A DNA stretch of 64,000 nucleotides from Mytilus edulis (GCF_963676685.1 NC_092349.1:75906473-75970472); one strand, 5' to 3'. Shown: positions 25,122 through 37,177, numbered from the stretch's first letter. The notes: a model not told the origin generated them from the letters alone. Numbers and translations: made by a program.

Positions 25122-25286
25122 GATGTGTTTACAGTTAGTGTAGGGAATTTACCTCCACAAGCGAGAGTTTTGATTAAGATAACCTACATATCAGAATTAC
25201 AGACAGAGAATGAAGCCATAGCATTTAGTTTACCTGCTTCAGTAGCACCATGGATACAAGATACAGCTCTTGCTCAGAAAACACAG
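25122..25286 (+). CDS. PARP4: PARP4-like exon 17 (VIT)
   Basis: ttttacag|gat ... acacag|gtaaat. Translation DVFTVSVGNLPPQARVLIKITYISELQTENEAIAFSLPASVAPWIQDTALAQKTQ matches human DVFTVSVGNLPPKAKVLIKITYITELSILGTVGVFFMPATVAPWQQD. Confidence 0.8.
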
Positions 25287-26208
25287 GTAAATAATGCTCT
25301 CATGAAATATACAGATACAGCTCTGGCTCAGAAAACACAGATAAATAATGCTCTCATAAAATATACAGATGGGTGTAGACTGAACCTAACAATGTTACTG
25401 GTATGCACACCTCTTGCAATTTCAGACTGTTCATGTTTAGTTATGGTGTTTTACTTTTACAAAATGTTTTCTCAATATTTTTGAAGGGTACAACTGACAC
25501 ATATTACTGCTTTGAATATTTGCTTTTGCAGTAAATGCATGAAAGCAGAACTTTTTAAACTCTGTAAATGTAAGCTGTTTGTTATTTACTAGTACATGTG
25601 TATAATATAAATTGTATGATTATCTTCACAAATACTTAGATAAGAATTATCTCCCCTCTTATCAAGGCAATAATTTTGTAGAAGGAATGAAAGAGGATAG
25701 ATATTCAGGAAGCAGTTTTTGTGTTAATGAATCGGGGTACCTGTACTGATATATTGATTTTAGTTTTTTTTTTAAACATTGATATGATAAAATATCAGCT
25801 GAAACACCCAATAAAAACTTATACTATGAATTCAGAAATAAATGTGTGAATTTATTATTGCGATTTTTGAAGAATATAGGGAAATGCGAGATTAATTATT
25901 GCAAATTCAGGAAAATCGGCATACAGGTAATTAGATGAATCAGATATCAGAATGCAAGTTCTTGTCATTGTGATTTAAGTGAGCACAGGTATCAGACATA
26001 GAAGCTTCAAATTGTGTCATGAAGCTGATATTTTATGATATCGAATGGAAATGACCCAATAATGTATGTTTTGTTATTAGTTTTGACATGATTTCAGTAC
26101 AACAAGCATAGACTATCAATCTAACAGATTTTCACATAATGCAAGCAGGCAATGTCTCTGTTATCAGTTGTGATATTTGAATAATACATTTATATACTTT
26201 CTTTGCAG

Positions 26209-26331
26209 TCTGAGCTAACATCTTTGAAGGTCAAGGACACTGGAAGATGTGATCTGTCTTTACAAGTTGCCATGGAAATGCCCTTTGATATTAGAAATGT
26301 TAAATCACCAACACACAGAATTAAAGTCAAG
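26209..26331 (+). CDS. PARP4: PARP4-like exon 18
   Basis: ctttgcag|tct ... gtcaag|gtagtt. Translation SELTSLKVKDTGRCDLSLQVAMEMPFDIRNVKSPTHRIKVK matches human IGTKQSFSLTMSIEMPYVIEFIFSDTHELKQK. Confidence 0.65.
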
Positions 26332-27056
26332 GTAGTTGATTTTAGCAGACCATTGAGATTTGCTCTTTCTAGGGGGTCTGAAGGGGGGTCTGATCCCAGA
26401 TCCTACTTATATGTTTAGTGAGAATCCTGTATCCCACTTCTTGTTGCCATAACAGCGCAGGTAATTTTCCATGTCTCGCTTAATTATTAATCAACTTTCA
26501 CATGTCACGCTTTTAAAAAAATTGACCAATCCTGCGTCACACTTAGACCCCATTGAGACCAACTTTCTACATGTGACTTTATTTTGAAATACAACATCTC
26601 TCAAAGCATACTTATAAAAAGACTACTGATATACAAAATTGCTCTATCATTGAAAAGTTTTTGTGCAGATTTGATACTGATTACCTCCCTTTACACAATG
26701 GCTGTGCATTTTTCACGCGGCTGAAAACTGAATGATAATCCTGAATATATATGGTAGAGGGCGAGCAAACACATACAATTAATAGACTTAAATACTTTTA
26801 TAGCAGCCTACACACTTTTAAAGTCAAGATACAAGACAGTACGTGTACTTATCGAAACCATAAACTCTTGAACACGTTGTAAATTTGGATTTCCAAAATG
26901 GCGTCCTGGGACGGCAACGAAGTCTTAAAAAACATTAAAATTGACACGGATATGTCAAAGATAGATACAGAATAACCATCTAATTGTTTACCAATAAAAC
27001 TGAATAAGCGTACCGGTAAAGCAAAGAAATGTCAATTTGAGGCTATTGATGTAAAT

Positions 27057-28835
27057 ATGTACGAAGAAAGTGCCCATATGATTACATTTCACACTTCTGT
27101 AAATAGAATACAACCCTGGATAAAGGCTCTCAGCCTGCTTTACTTTGACAATATGGGTAATCAAAAAGATAATGTAATAAAATGGTCAGATGTACCAGAA
27201 AGATGGTCTGACAGACATGATGTTGCTAACTCCATATTAATAGAAATCAGAGATCCAAGTGAACATATCTTGAAATATAATGTCACCTTTTTTGTAACAA
27301 CAGGTACTATTAGAGTACAAGGAAGTAACTACCTCTCCTTTGTTGAAAAAGATTTCCCAATTCTGATTGAAATAATGAAGCTGTTAGATACATGTGAAAA
27401 TGACGAGACCCCCTTGAAAACAATCGAAGGTCGTGAACCTAATGAAGTGGTCACACAGCAAACAATAAATGATCAAGTAATGACGGTTTCAGAAAAACAA
27501 ACCAAGACTGATGCTAACAATATAAATGAAGAAAAATCTGAAGTTTCACAAAACCTAAAACCAACCAACCCAAAAATTGATAATAATAACAATGCAGCAG
27601 ATACCCCTTCACAAACTGAAGTCAATTTGTCTCGTCTTCAACAATGCTTCCTTGACACTATATGCAAACTTCAAATTAGTCAGGAAAAAGACACTACAAC
27701 TATAGTAGAAGCTGTTAATGAGTGCAAAATACTTCTTTTGCAAGGTCAGTCTCAACTTGACCAAAAGAGCACTGATAAGGATACTCTGTCTAAAGAATTA
27801 CAATCAGTACACCAAAAAATCAAAACATTACAAGAAGAAAAAGATTCTCTGAAGTCACAACTACAAATTGAAAAGGGGAATGTTACGCTTCTAAAATGTC
27901 AGTATGACGATTTGAATATTCATAGTAGAAATCTGCTAGTAGAGACTAGAAAGGAATTAGAAAAACTTGTCTCATCAACAAACTCCGAGCTTGACTTTAA
28001 TGCAAATAGGCTTATTATAAAAAACCAAGAACTACAAACACTTCATGAATCTGAGCACAATTTAAGGTTACAGTTGGATAAAGCGATGGATGAAATACTC
28101 AACCTGAAAAGTCAAATTTCATCATCAATGGATATTTCTGGTCAACACGCTGGAACTGCAACATCCAAGTCACAACACCAGACTAAAGAACAAGTTGACC
28201 AACAACCAATTTGGAAACCTAGTGTCCTTCTAATAGGAACGTCAAATATTCGTGGGATCAATGAAAGTAAATTATCGCCAAGTATAGATGCTATTAAGGA
28301 AATATGCTTTACTCTGGATAAAACAAATGAATATATCCTTGGTTATAATCCTCAAACTCCACCAGCTGTTGTTGTTTTACACATACTTACCAACGATCTA
28401 AAGACAAAAACCCCACAGAATTGTGCATGTGAGCTGTTTGCACTTATATCCACTATTCAAGAGAAATGGTGTGAAGTTAAATGTATAATATCACTTGCTA
28501 CACCAAGAAAGGATGACATGATGCACCACACTAATGGGCAGATTGTTAATGCTCTCATCAAACAGAATTTCTATGGAAGGCATTACACAGAGCTTAAGAA
28601 ATTCCAACTAATAGAACATAATAACATGTACTATGAAGGTCAAGCGAACGAGGATTTATTACAAAACGACTTGTATCACTTAAACGATAAAGGTGTGTCA
28701 TTTCTGGCATCAAACATAAAACAAGCAGTACACCAAATTCTCAATATTCCGCTCCCACCCACTCATCGACCTAGGAGCCAATCGCGCAACAGACGAGGAA
28801 GAGGTAGAGGCCGTGGCCGTGGAGATTCAGATTAA
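27057..28835 (+). CDS. LINE ORF1: coiled-coil, SGNH/esterase-like domain and C-terminal RG-rich tail
   Basis: Six-frame ORF of 592 aa. The central region is Q/L/E-rich with heptad character (LQEEKDSLKSQLQIEKGNV...). The C-terminal part has esterase/SGNH-like blocks (VLLIGTSNIRG ... VVLHILTNDL) as found in ORF1 of L2/CR1-like LINEs. It ends in RGRGRGRGRG. Confidence 0.7.
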   Translation: MYEESAHMITFHTSVNRIQPWIKALSLLYFDNMGNQKDNVIKWSDVPERWSDRHDVANSILIEIRDPSEHILKYNVTFFVTTGTIRVQGSNYLSFVEKDFPILIEIMKLLDTCENDETPLKTIEGREPNEVVTQQTINDQVMTVSEKQTKTDANNINEEKSEVSQNLKPTNPKIDNNNNAADTPSQTEVNLSRLQQCFLDTICKLQISQEKDTTTIVEAVNECKILLLQGQSQLDQKSTDKDTLSKELQSVHQKIKTLQEEKDSLKSQLQIEKGNVTLLKCQYDDLNIHSRNLLVETRKELEKLVSSTNSELDFNANRLIIKNQELQTLHESEHNLRLQLDKAMDEILNLKSQISSSMDISGQHAGTATSKSQHQTKEQVDQQPIWKPSVLLIGTSNIRGINESKLSPSIDAIKEICFTLDKTNEYILGYNPQTPPAVVVLHILTNDLKTKTPQNCACELFALISTIQEKWCEVKCIISLATPRKDDMMHHTNGQIVNALIKQNFYGRHYTELKKFQLIEHNNMYYEGQANEDLLQNDLYHLNDKGVSFLASNIKQAVHQILNIPLPPTHRPRSQSRNRRGRGRGRGRGDSD

Positions 28836-29448
28836 CTTTGTATAATAACTAATGTCAATTTTATTCTACACATATATAATGTATATTGTTCATATTCATA
28901 TCACATAATTCTCTTTTTATTACAAATACATGTATATGCAGTAGAACTTGCATGTTCTATTTTTTTTTTTTTTTTATCATATAAAATTCAGGATGTCATA
29001 AATGAACAAACATTATATTGTAAACTTTTAATATTGTTCATTATTATTTGAAAAGTTAAAAGTCATATATAAATTCAACTTAGTTCTAAATAACATAGTG
29101 AATATCAAATAACGCAAGGATTGCCTTAATTTTATTCCCTTTATTACAATTGAATGTGTGAATTGCACACAAGGGAATTTTGGTACACTACTAACTAAGT
29201 TTATAAAAAGAAAGATAAAAAAAGGAATCAAAATCAAGTCAAGGACAAAAACAACTGATTTAACTTGACGGCCATTTAATTCTAATTCTTTAATTGGCAC
29301 CTTATAAAAAGGTTTATCTTTTTGCATATATTCTTTATCATATTGTTTATAAAATATTTATATACTTGGAAAGTATTTAAATAATTCTTTTTCATTTTGT
29401 TTTTAAATTTCTTTGATATTTAAAATAAATACAAGAAAAGAAGGGACT

Positions 29449-30906
29449 ATGTCACCAAGAACAGTCACATCATTAAAAATGTGCTTTCTTAATTTAGGGG
29501 GCCTTATGAACAAGGAGGGTAACAAATCGGATGATCCCCTTTTCTTAAACAAAATTGATAAATATGATTTGGCTTTTTTTGCTGAAACACACATTGGATA
29601 TGAGTCCAATATTCATAGAATAGGTCCTTTTAATTGTTATAATGTATGTAGACCTAAAACTAGGGCAAACAACAGATTTTTTGGTGGGTTGGCAGTATTA
29701 GTTAAAAAAAATATCAAACCTTATGTAAAAATTCTCAAAAACACTTGTACTGACATTATGTGGATAAAGTTAGAAAAGGATTTTTTTGGTTTTCAAAAAG
29801 ACTTATATATGTGTGTAGTGTATAACCCACCCTCAATGTCATCATATACTCAGGGACTCGACCGGGACATTACTGAATGTTTAGAACAGGAAACTGCAAA
29901 ATATATGAAAATGGGTAATGTTTTACTGTGTGGTGATTTTAATGCAAGAATTGCCAATTCCCCTGATTATATTTTAAATGATGATCAATCTTATTTACCT
30001 CTTTTTGATAACTATCCAATTGATAAGCAAATCTTGAAAAGACAAAGCAGTGATACAACAATTGATTCAAGGGGAAAGAGTCTATTAGATCTCTGTATTC
30101 TAAACCAGTTAAGGATACTAAATGGTCGAGTCCTAGGGGATGTTTTTGGAAAGTACACATGTTATACGCCAAACGGCAGTAGTGTGGTTGACTATGTGAT
30201 GGTGTCGGAGAGTATTCTGGATCAAATTTTATATTTTTATGTTCACAACTTTATGCCTACTATTTCAGATTGTCATTGTATACTGGAATGGGAAATGTCA
30301 AGTAAATTTACTGTTGATGATAATGATTGTAATATTAATATGTTTGATAAATCTCCAAATTTCATATGGTCAGATGAATCACCTACAAACTTTCAGACAG
30401 CTCTATTATTACCAGATATACAAACACAAATTGATACATTTAATAAAAGTATAATCAAAGAGTCTCAATCCTCTGTCGATGAGGCTGCAGCAGAATTATC
30501 ACATATTTTCCTGTCTGCTGCTACTAATTCTTTAAAAAGAAATAAACTAAGAAATAAGAAAATAAAGACAAAAAAATGGTTTGATGGAGATTTGTACCAT
30601 CTTCGAAACAAATTAATAAGTTACGGTAAAATATATTCAAAATTTCCTTATGACCCATTAGTGAGAGGTCACTATTATAAGCTTAATAAGCAATATTCTA
30701 AACTTAGAAAATTTAAGTATAAAGAATATAAAAAATCACTTGTTGAGCAGTTACAGAATCTACATGATGATAATCCTAAATCTTATTGGAAGTTAATTAA
30801 TGATTTAAAAAATAATGATAATAAGGACCATAGTTCTGCTGTGGCACCATCTGTGTGGGTTTCACATTTCAATGGATTATATCAATTACATGAGTCATTC
30901 AAGTAA
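29449..30906 (+). CDS. LINE ORF2 5' part: apurinic/apyrimidinic-like endonuclease domain
   Basis: Blocks FFAETH, LLCGDFNARI and SVVDYVMVS are APE/EEP endonuclease motifs. The first ATG is at 29449 inside the six-frame ORF 29413..30906, which ends at a TAA. Confidence 0.7.
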   Translation: MSPRTVTSLKMCFLNLGGLMNKEGNKSDDPLFLNKIDKYDLAFFAETHIGYESNIHRIGPFNCYNVCRPKTRANNRFFGGLAVLVKKNIKPYVKILKNTCTDIMWIKLEKDFFGFQKDLYMCVVYNPPSMSSYTQGLDRDITECLEQETAKYMKMGNVLLCGDFNARIANSPDYILNDDQSYLPLFDNYPIDKQILKRQSSDTTIDSRGKSLLDLCILNQLRILNGRVLGDVFGKYTCYTPNGSSVVDYVMVSESILDQILYFYVHNFMPTISDCHCILEWEMSSKFTVDDNDCNINMFDKSPNFIWSDESPTNFQTALLLPDIQTQIDTFNKSIIKESQSSVDEAAAELSHIFLSAATNSLKRNKLRNKKIKTKKWFDGDLYHLRNKLISYGKIYSKFPYDPLVRGHYYKLNKQYSKLRKFKYKEYKKSLVEQLQNLHDDNPKSYWKLINDLKNNDNKDHSSAVAPSVWVSHFNGLYQLHESFK

Positions 30907-30908
30907 GA

Positions 30909-32948
30909 GTGGCTAAGTTGGAAAAAAAGCTAGATAATCTTGAAAAAAATGTTTGTTTTAATAATCTTGATAAACTTATAACAGAGAAAGAAATTTCTTT
31001 TGCCATTTCTAAACTACGTTGTAACAAATCACCAGGCTTGGATAACATTTCAAACAATATGATTAAACACAGTCAAAATGTTTTACTATCGTCTCTTTCA
31101 AAAATATTTAATTCTTGTCTGTCTCATGGTTTATACCCAAGAAATTGGACCGAAGGTTATATTACAGTATTACATAAGTCAGGTGAAGTCACTGACCCAA
31201 ATAATTATAGAGGACTAACAATCACTAATGCAATTGGTAAGCTTTTTAACAGTATACTTAATATAAGGTGGGATAGTTTTTTAGAAGAAAATAATGTAAT
31301 TAATGATTGTCAAATAGGTTTCACAAGAAAGGCAAGAACATCTGACCATATGTTTGTTTTAAAATGTATTTTTGATAAATACTGTAATACTAAGGATGGG
31401 AGAGTGTTTGCTTGCTTTGTTGATTTTCATAAAGCTTTTGATAAAGTAATACATACAGGAATTAGAATTAAGCTGTTAGAGATTGGGGTTAGTTCAAGGT
31501 TTTATAGCGTTATAAAGAATATGTATCTTGAAACTAGATCTTGTATAAAAATACATGATAAAATAACTGAATTCTTTCAAACAAAGCTTGGTGTTAAACA
31601 AGGAGATAACTTGAGTCCTAACTTGTTTAAAATATTTATAAATAGCCTTCCAGACTATTTTACACGAACCAGAGATCCAATTATGCTGGATGGCAAACTC
31701 ATTCATTGCCTTATGTATGCTGATGACATTGTAATTTTATCTAACTCAGCTGAAGGACTACAAGAGAAATTAAATGAACTTCATAATTTTTGCAATGACT
31801 GGTGCTTAGATATAAATACTAAAAAAACTAAGGTGTTGATATTCAACAAGGCAGGCAGACATATCTCTCAAAAATTTATTTTCAACAAAGATGAGCTGGA
31901 GTGTGTATCTAATTATAAATATTTGGGTATCCAATTTAATGCATCATGTTCTTTTTCATATGCTCAGAATGATTTATACCAAAGAGCCTTAAAAGCATAC
32001 TTCAAACTATGTAATGATTTTTTAGTGCATAATCCTACTGTTAAAAATGCAATTCATGTTTTTGACCATACAATAAAGCCTATACTTTTATATGGGTGTG
32101 AAATTTGGGGATATTTCAATCCCTTTACTGCACGTTTAAAAAAAGAAAACATAACAGTGGATACAATTTACTCAAGGATACTTTGTGAAAAACTTCATAT
32201 TAAATTCTGCAAATATATTTTAGGCGTTAATAGGAAGAGTACAAACTTTGCAGTTTTGTCTGAATTAGGCTGTTTTCCACTTCACTATGATATAGTCAAA
32301 CATGTTTTAGGATATTGGCATCGTTTAGAAAATATTGGCTCATCATTTCCCTTGTTAAAAGCTGCATATAATTGTTCTAAAAAGCTATTTGAAACAAAAA
32401 AAACCTCTTGGTATGGATCAATTAATATTTTAAGGGAAAAAATGTCAGGCATAGAAAAACATATTCTTGAAAAATACTCAACATTTAAACTACACTGTGG
32501 GCAGATAGTTAAGGGATACTATACTGCATTGTGGAAAAAACAGCTAGACAAACATAAAGATGGTAAACTACGAACTTATGTAACATTCAAGTGCAACTAT
32601 GGTTTTGAAAATTATTTGTCAATAATTCGACATTTTGAGCAAAGGAAATGTATTACTAGATTAAGAATATCTGCTCACAAATTGCAAATTGAATCTGGTA
32701 GATACCAGGGTACTCTTCGACAAAACCGAATTTGTCTCAGGTGCACCTCAGGTGAGGTTGAGGATGAAGTTCATTTTTTATTTAAATGTGACACTCATTT
32801 ATTAAAAAGAGAGGAAATGATGCAAAATATATTAAAATCATGTCCAAACTTTCAAAATTTAAATATTGATAACAAATTAATTTGGATAATGAATAATGAG
32901 GATCCTAATGTACTATTTGCATTTTACAAATATATAGAAGATACTTAA
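30909..32948 (+). pseudogene. LINE ORF2 3' part: reverse transcriptase plus C-terminal zinc-finger-like domain, out of frame with the endonuclease part
   Basis: RT motifs are present (FVDFHKAFDKV; LMYADDIVILS; KTKVLIF). This ORF is in a different frame from the EN part (29413 vs 30909). A stop and a -1 frame change at 30906-30909 imply a frameshifted, probably dead ORF2 or a sequencing error. Confidence 0.6.
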
Positions 32949-34182
32949 GAATTAAAGTACAACTTAATCTGCAATAACTAATTCATTATAACTCTTTAAT
33001 ATGAATTTGGATACCCTGTTAAGCCTGCACAGATCATAAGAAGAATTTCAAATTCTTTGGCACCGTCCCTTGATGATCTTTGCTGGCTGGACACAGAATC
33101 TATAATCTTAGAAATATGTTTTAAAAATATATTTTCAATAATTAAGGAGCTTGACTCATCTGCATTAAGTACAAGTAGGGACTCCCCTTTAAGCACCGAC
33201 TCTTGGTGCTTTCTGCAGATAAGTCATATTAAATATCCTTTATTAAATAAACTTTGTTATTTGCAGTATACCTCATAGTCAAATGTGGGAGTGCTTAATT
33301 GCTTTGTTTTTTATTGGGTTCTTTTTGTATTTTTTTGTATTTTTATATATTGACATTTCTCCGCACAAACTACTAATGCCTCATGCTTGTCTTCTCAAAG
33401 TGAAGATACACTTACCGGGTGCACTTGAGTCATTTTCAACATAGTATTCATTGAATAATAATACATTGCTACTATTTCGTTGAGTGTATTTTCTGTGATA
33501 TATTATTTTATTTTATTATTTTTATAACACTTGTTACATATCTTTACTATGTGTGTATTGCATATGTTATTGTTTATAATAATATTGTCTGTATCATATG
33601 CCCTCCTGGGGCCCTAATTTGGTAAATAAAATATTCTATTCTATTCTATTCTATTCATATAATTTGAGTTAATGGCAGGGTGGAATATATTTTTTGACAT
33701 TATATAGCATCGTTTTCTTGTATCACCTAAGTTGAACAAAGGTATAATACATAAAAACATATTAATTAACATTACATTGTGTTGTACATTTGTTGAGGAA
33801 GCATTAAAGGTTATATTACAACAGTATGATCAGTATAGCCGACAGGTTAACATCAGAGAGAATCCAGATTGTGAAAAGTAAATTTGATTTATTATTTTGT
33901 TGAAAATTCCAATCAGTATGACATAGTTTACCTTGTATACTTTTAAATTCCTGTGAATTGTAGCTCTTTAGTCAATTAGGACTTATAGAACCATTTTCAA
34001 GTTTTCTGTAAGTCAAGTAATACTAATAAGAACGGGTTTGATTGTGTCTTGTTATCCCTATAAATTATAAAAATTGAGCATTAATTTCTACTGACTTACA
34101 AGTTTAAAGAAAAATCAGGTTGTAAACCTTGTTGCCACCTCTCATTAATGTTTTGTATTTGTGGTGCTGAAATCTTCTTCAG

Positions 34183-34317
34183 ACAACGGCCACCAAGGCA
34201 GTAGTGGAGTTACCTAAAAATAGCCAGCTAGATGATGGTTTTCAGCTATTGGTCACCATGGCAGAAATACATGTACCACGAATGTGGGTAGAAAATCATC
34301 CTAACAAGGACAGTCAG
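34183..34317 (+). CDS. PARP4: PARP4-like exon 19
   Basis: cttcttcag|aca ... agtcag|gtaacc. Translation TTATKAVVELPKNSQLDDGFQLLVTMAEIHVPRMWVENHPNKDSQ matches human RTDCKAVISTMEGSSLDSSGFSLHIGLSAAYLPRMWVEKHPEKESE. Confidence 0.75.
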
Positions 34318-34985
34318 GTAACCATAGTAACAAAAAATGATAAAAAAATAATGTTAACTTCAAGTTTTTTTATCTGCAGATCATGTAATTATTCTAATAA
34401 AAAGTAGTATTTGGTATGGTGCTGAGCACAGAGAAGATATTGTCATGCACGATATTGTGTCTGACTTTATACACCTTTTATTCATATAGGGATCAGTATA
34501 TGTGAACGGAATCAAAATCCTATGGGACTGACTTGATATCAAAATCCTATGGGACTGACTTGATATCAAAATCTTCCAAGCTTTATCACTTCCGTTGAGA
34601 TATACAAAATATAGTGCATTGATCATAACATTATTATACATTCTATACATACTATTCATGAACATTTATCAGTGAAATAAATGCTTATTTATTCAAGTCA
34701 CAAAATAATTTTATACTTGTCCAGGAAATTACATAACTTTGGAAGGTATCTGTAAGTCATTCTTAAAAATTGGACTTATCTTCCTTTGTCAAGAATTATA
34801 GTGAATCGACTATACAATCAATGCTTCATACAATGCAACATTTAATTTTACTTCCCACTGATATATTAAAGCAAACTTTACCCTCCAGTGCACACAAACA
34901 CTTTGATTTTCTCTTGATTTGTACAATTAGAATGTACTACTTTTTCTTTTTATGCATTAATTATTTATGGATAATTATTTTTTAG

Positions 34986-35105
34986 GCCTGCATGCTAACA
35001 TTTTATCCGGAGTTTGATGCAGATTTTGACCCCCAACAGGAAGTTATCTATTTATTAGATATGTCTAATTCTATGAAAGGTCAAGCAGGGAGGGATGCTA
35101 AAAAG
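34986..35105 (+). CDS. PARP4: PARP4-like exon 20 (start of vWA domain)
   Basis: atttttag|gcc ... aaaaag|gtaatg. Translation ACMLTFYPEFDADFDPQQEVIYLLDMSNSMKGQAGRDAKK matches human ACMLVFQPDLDVDLPDLASESEVIICLDCSSSMEGVTFLQAKQ. The DxSxS residues are the vWA MIDAS motif. Confidence 0.75.
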
Positions 35106-35567
35106 GTAATGTATAAAAAACAATATCAATCTATGAAAGAAAAAAATAAGGAAGCTTTGCTAAAAAAAAGTAAAGCAAAAACATTTATCTAAACCAAACC
35201 TTTTTGGATCTAATTGTTTTTTTACAAATATAACAAACGTTGAGTTTACAGAGCTTTGATTACTAAAGAATATTGATCATAATTTCTCATTCAAATGTTC
35301 AAGTTTAAGTTTTTTGTCAACATATTAAGTTCAGTCTGTGGTTTAAGTTCCTTTTAGACAAGATCTTTGTCAGACTTTTATGGAATTTTACAAAACTTGG
35401 ACAGTAGCTTTCTATTACAAATTTTAAAAAGAGATGGCATCTATAGTAAAAAAAAAAGATTTGGTATTTTATCATTAAATTGACCTACAAATGTAGCTAT
35501 ATATTTAAAAAAAAAAAAATATTTAAATGATTTTCTTTATATAATTTATTTCTATTATGTGTTTCAG

Positions 35568-35708
35568 GTTTTCCTATTGTCTTTGACAAAGTTACCAGAC
35601 AAGTCCAGTTTTAATGTGATCACATTTGGTACAACATTTAAAGAGCTATTCCCATCACCACAACTCAAAACAAAAGATTCAGTACAAAGAGCTACAAACT
35701 TTATTCAG
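35568..35708 (+). CDS. PARP4: PARP4-like exon 21 (vWA)
   Basis: gtttcag|gtt ... attcag|gtaaaa. Translation VFLLSLTKLPDKSSFNVITFGTTFKELFPSPQLKTKDSVQRATNFIQ matches human IALHALSLVGEKQKVNIIQFGTGYKELFSYPKHITSNTMAAEFIMS. Confidence 0.7.
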
Positions 35709-36036
35709 GTAAAATCATATTAAACTTAATATCTTAAAATCTTATTCATTGATTTTGATGGACTTTCTCAAGTATTTCACCGTGGATTCATTTATTTTCT
35801 CTGTTACTTATTTTCTGGGGATTAAGGAAAACTTGCATGTTCATGGATATTTAGTTTTATGGTTTTGCAGAAGTCTGCATACAAACCTGTTTCAGATTGG
35901 TTATTTGTTAAACATTTAATTTCGTGTTTTATCTGTACCCACAAATTACACAAATATTGGTATCCAAAGATTTATAATGAATCCACACAGTATTTCAAAA
36001 CTGCTTGATTTTGATCCTAACATATTTTATTTACAG

Positions 36037-36224
36037 TCAACTGAGTGTGACCAAGGAGGAACCGTTGTCGTCACTTTGTTACAGTCCTTGTTCTTACTCA
36101 GTCCACCAGAGGGCAGCAGAAGTATCATTCTTATATCAGATGGTCACATGACTAGTGTTGAGGAAACTTTATCACTGGTCAGAAAAATGAGTGATCAGAA
36201 TCGACTTTTCACTGCAGGAGTTGG
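36037..36224 (+). CDS. PARP4: PARP4-like exon 22 (vWA)
   Basis: tttacag|tca ... gttgg|gtaggt. Translation ...GGTVVVTLLQSLFLLSPPEGSRSIILISDGHMTSVEETLSLVRKMSDQNRLFTAGVG matches human MGNTDFWKTLRYLSLLYPARGSRNILLVSDGHLQDESLTLQLVKRSRPHTRLFACGIG. Confidence 0.75.
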
Positions 36225-37077
36225 GTAGGTATAAAAATCTATCTTTTATTCTCTGCTGCTTATTAAGTAACATCTCTTTTATTGATTGAAAGAGACTTTA
36301 CCTTTATCCACTCATTAAGAATTCATTTACAATATATAATTGAAACATTTGCGTTACACTTGTATTGCATAAATTGATATTGAATATTGTAAACTAGGTA
36401 AAAAAACAATATATAATGGAATTACATTAAGGTAATATCCCTGTGCTTAGAACAATGAAAAGTAATAGATGTCATTTACCAAATGTCAGATATTGTGCAA
36501 TACATTTTATTCAAAATGGTTGAAATATGAATTTCTGAATTGGTTCTGTCACATTGTGTTGAATGAACAGATTCTGAGAACATGAAGATTACAATGCATT
36601 TCTAGTCCTTATATTATCATTTTAGATCTTAATGCTGCGTTATCACTTGATTTCTGAAATATAGCTTTTTGCAAAATTATCTGGGCTTTTACAACAATGA
36701 GACCCCAAAAATGAACTGTTTTTAAAAGTCATCAATAGGAATTAAATTACAAGTCACTAATAATATTACAAATAAGGAATACTAAAAAAATATTTTTCCA
36801 AACTTTAATAATTTTTTCAAAATCTTAGGGATTAGGTACAAAAACCATAAAAGCTTATAAGATTCTGAAATAAAAACTGCTTTTAAAATTTAGTTCTATA
36901 GTCCCTTGGATGCCTCTAAAACTTAAATTTATGAGGTGTACAGGTTTTCATGTAATTTTGTGGTGTAAATATGGCCAATCATGTATTTTTAAAAAGGTTA
37001 TGATGAACCTTAAATATTATTTTTAAAGAATCTAAATTAGTATAATATAAAATAATGTTTTATCTTTTTTTTCTCAG

Positions 37078-37177
37078 TCCTGCAGTAAATCATCACTTAA
37101 TGAAGACACTAGCGACATCTGGTGGAGGAACATACCAATATTACAACAACAAAACTAAGTCTAATTGGCAGTCAAAG
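37078..37177 (+). CDS. PARP4: PARP4-like exon 23 (vWA end)
   Basis: ttctcag|tcc ... tcaaag|gttagc. Translation (G)PAVNHHLMKTLATSGGGTYQYYNNKTKSNWQSK matches human STANRHVLRILSQCGAGVFEYFNAKSKHSWRKQ. Confidence 0.65.

Larger units (their letters stand above)
26880..33656 (+). mobile_element. Full-length CR1/L2-clade LINE in the intron between PARP4-like exons 18 and 19, same orientation as the host gene
   Basis: A 592-aa ORF1, a 580-bp spacer with a T16 run, and an ORF2 with APE endonuclease and RT domains (YADDIVIL) plus a C-terminal CCHC-like motif (CLRCTSGEVEDEVHFLFKC). The 3' UTR ends in an (ATTCT)5 microsatellite at 33633-33656, as is typical of CR1/L2 tails. The 5' boundary is approximate. 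Confidence 0.8.

Noticed and set aside
29028-29609. Minus-strand ORFs (99 aa, 68 aa) in the LINE inter-ORF spacer
   Set aside because: AT-rich low-complexity translations (FFIFLFINLV...) with no domain signal. The spacer between ORF1 and ORF2 is expected to be non-coding.
29939-30172. 77-aa minus-strand ORF and short plus-strand alt-frame ORFs inside LINE ORF2
   Set aside because: Antisense or alternate-frame chance ORFs within the retrotransposon coding region.
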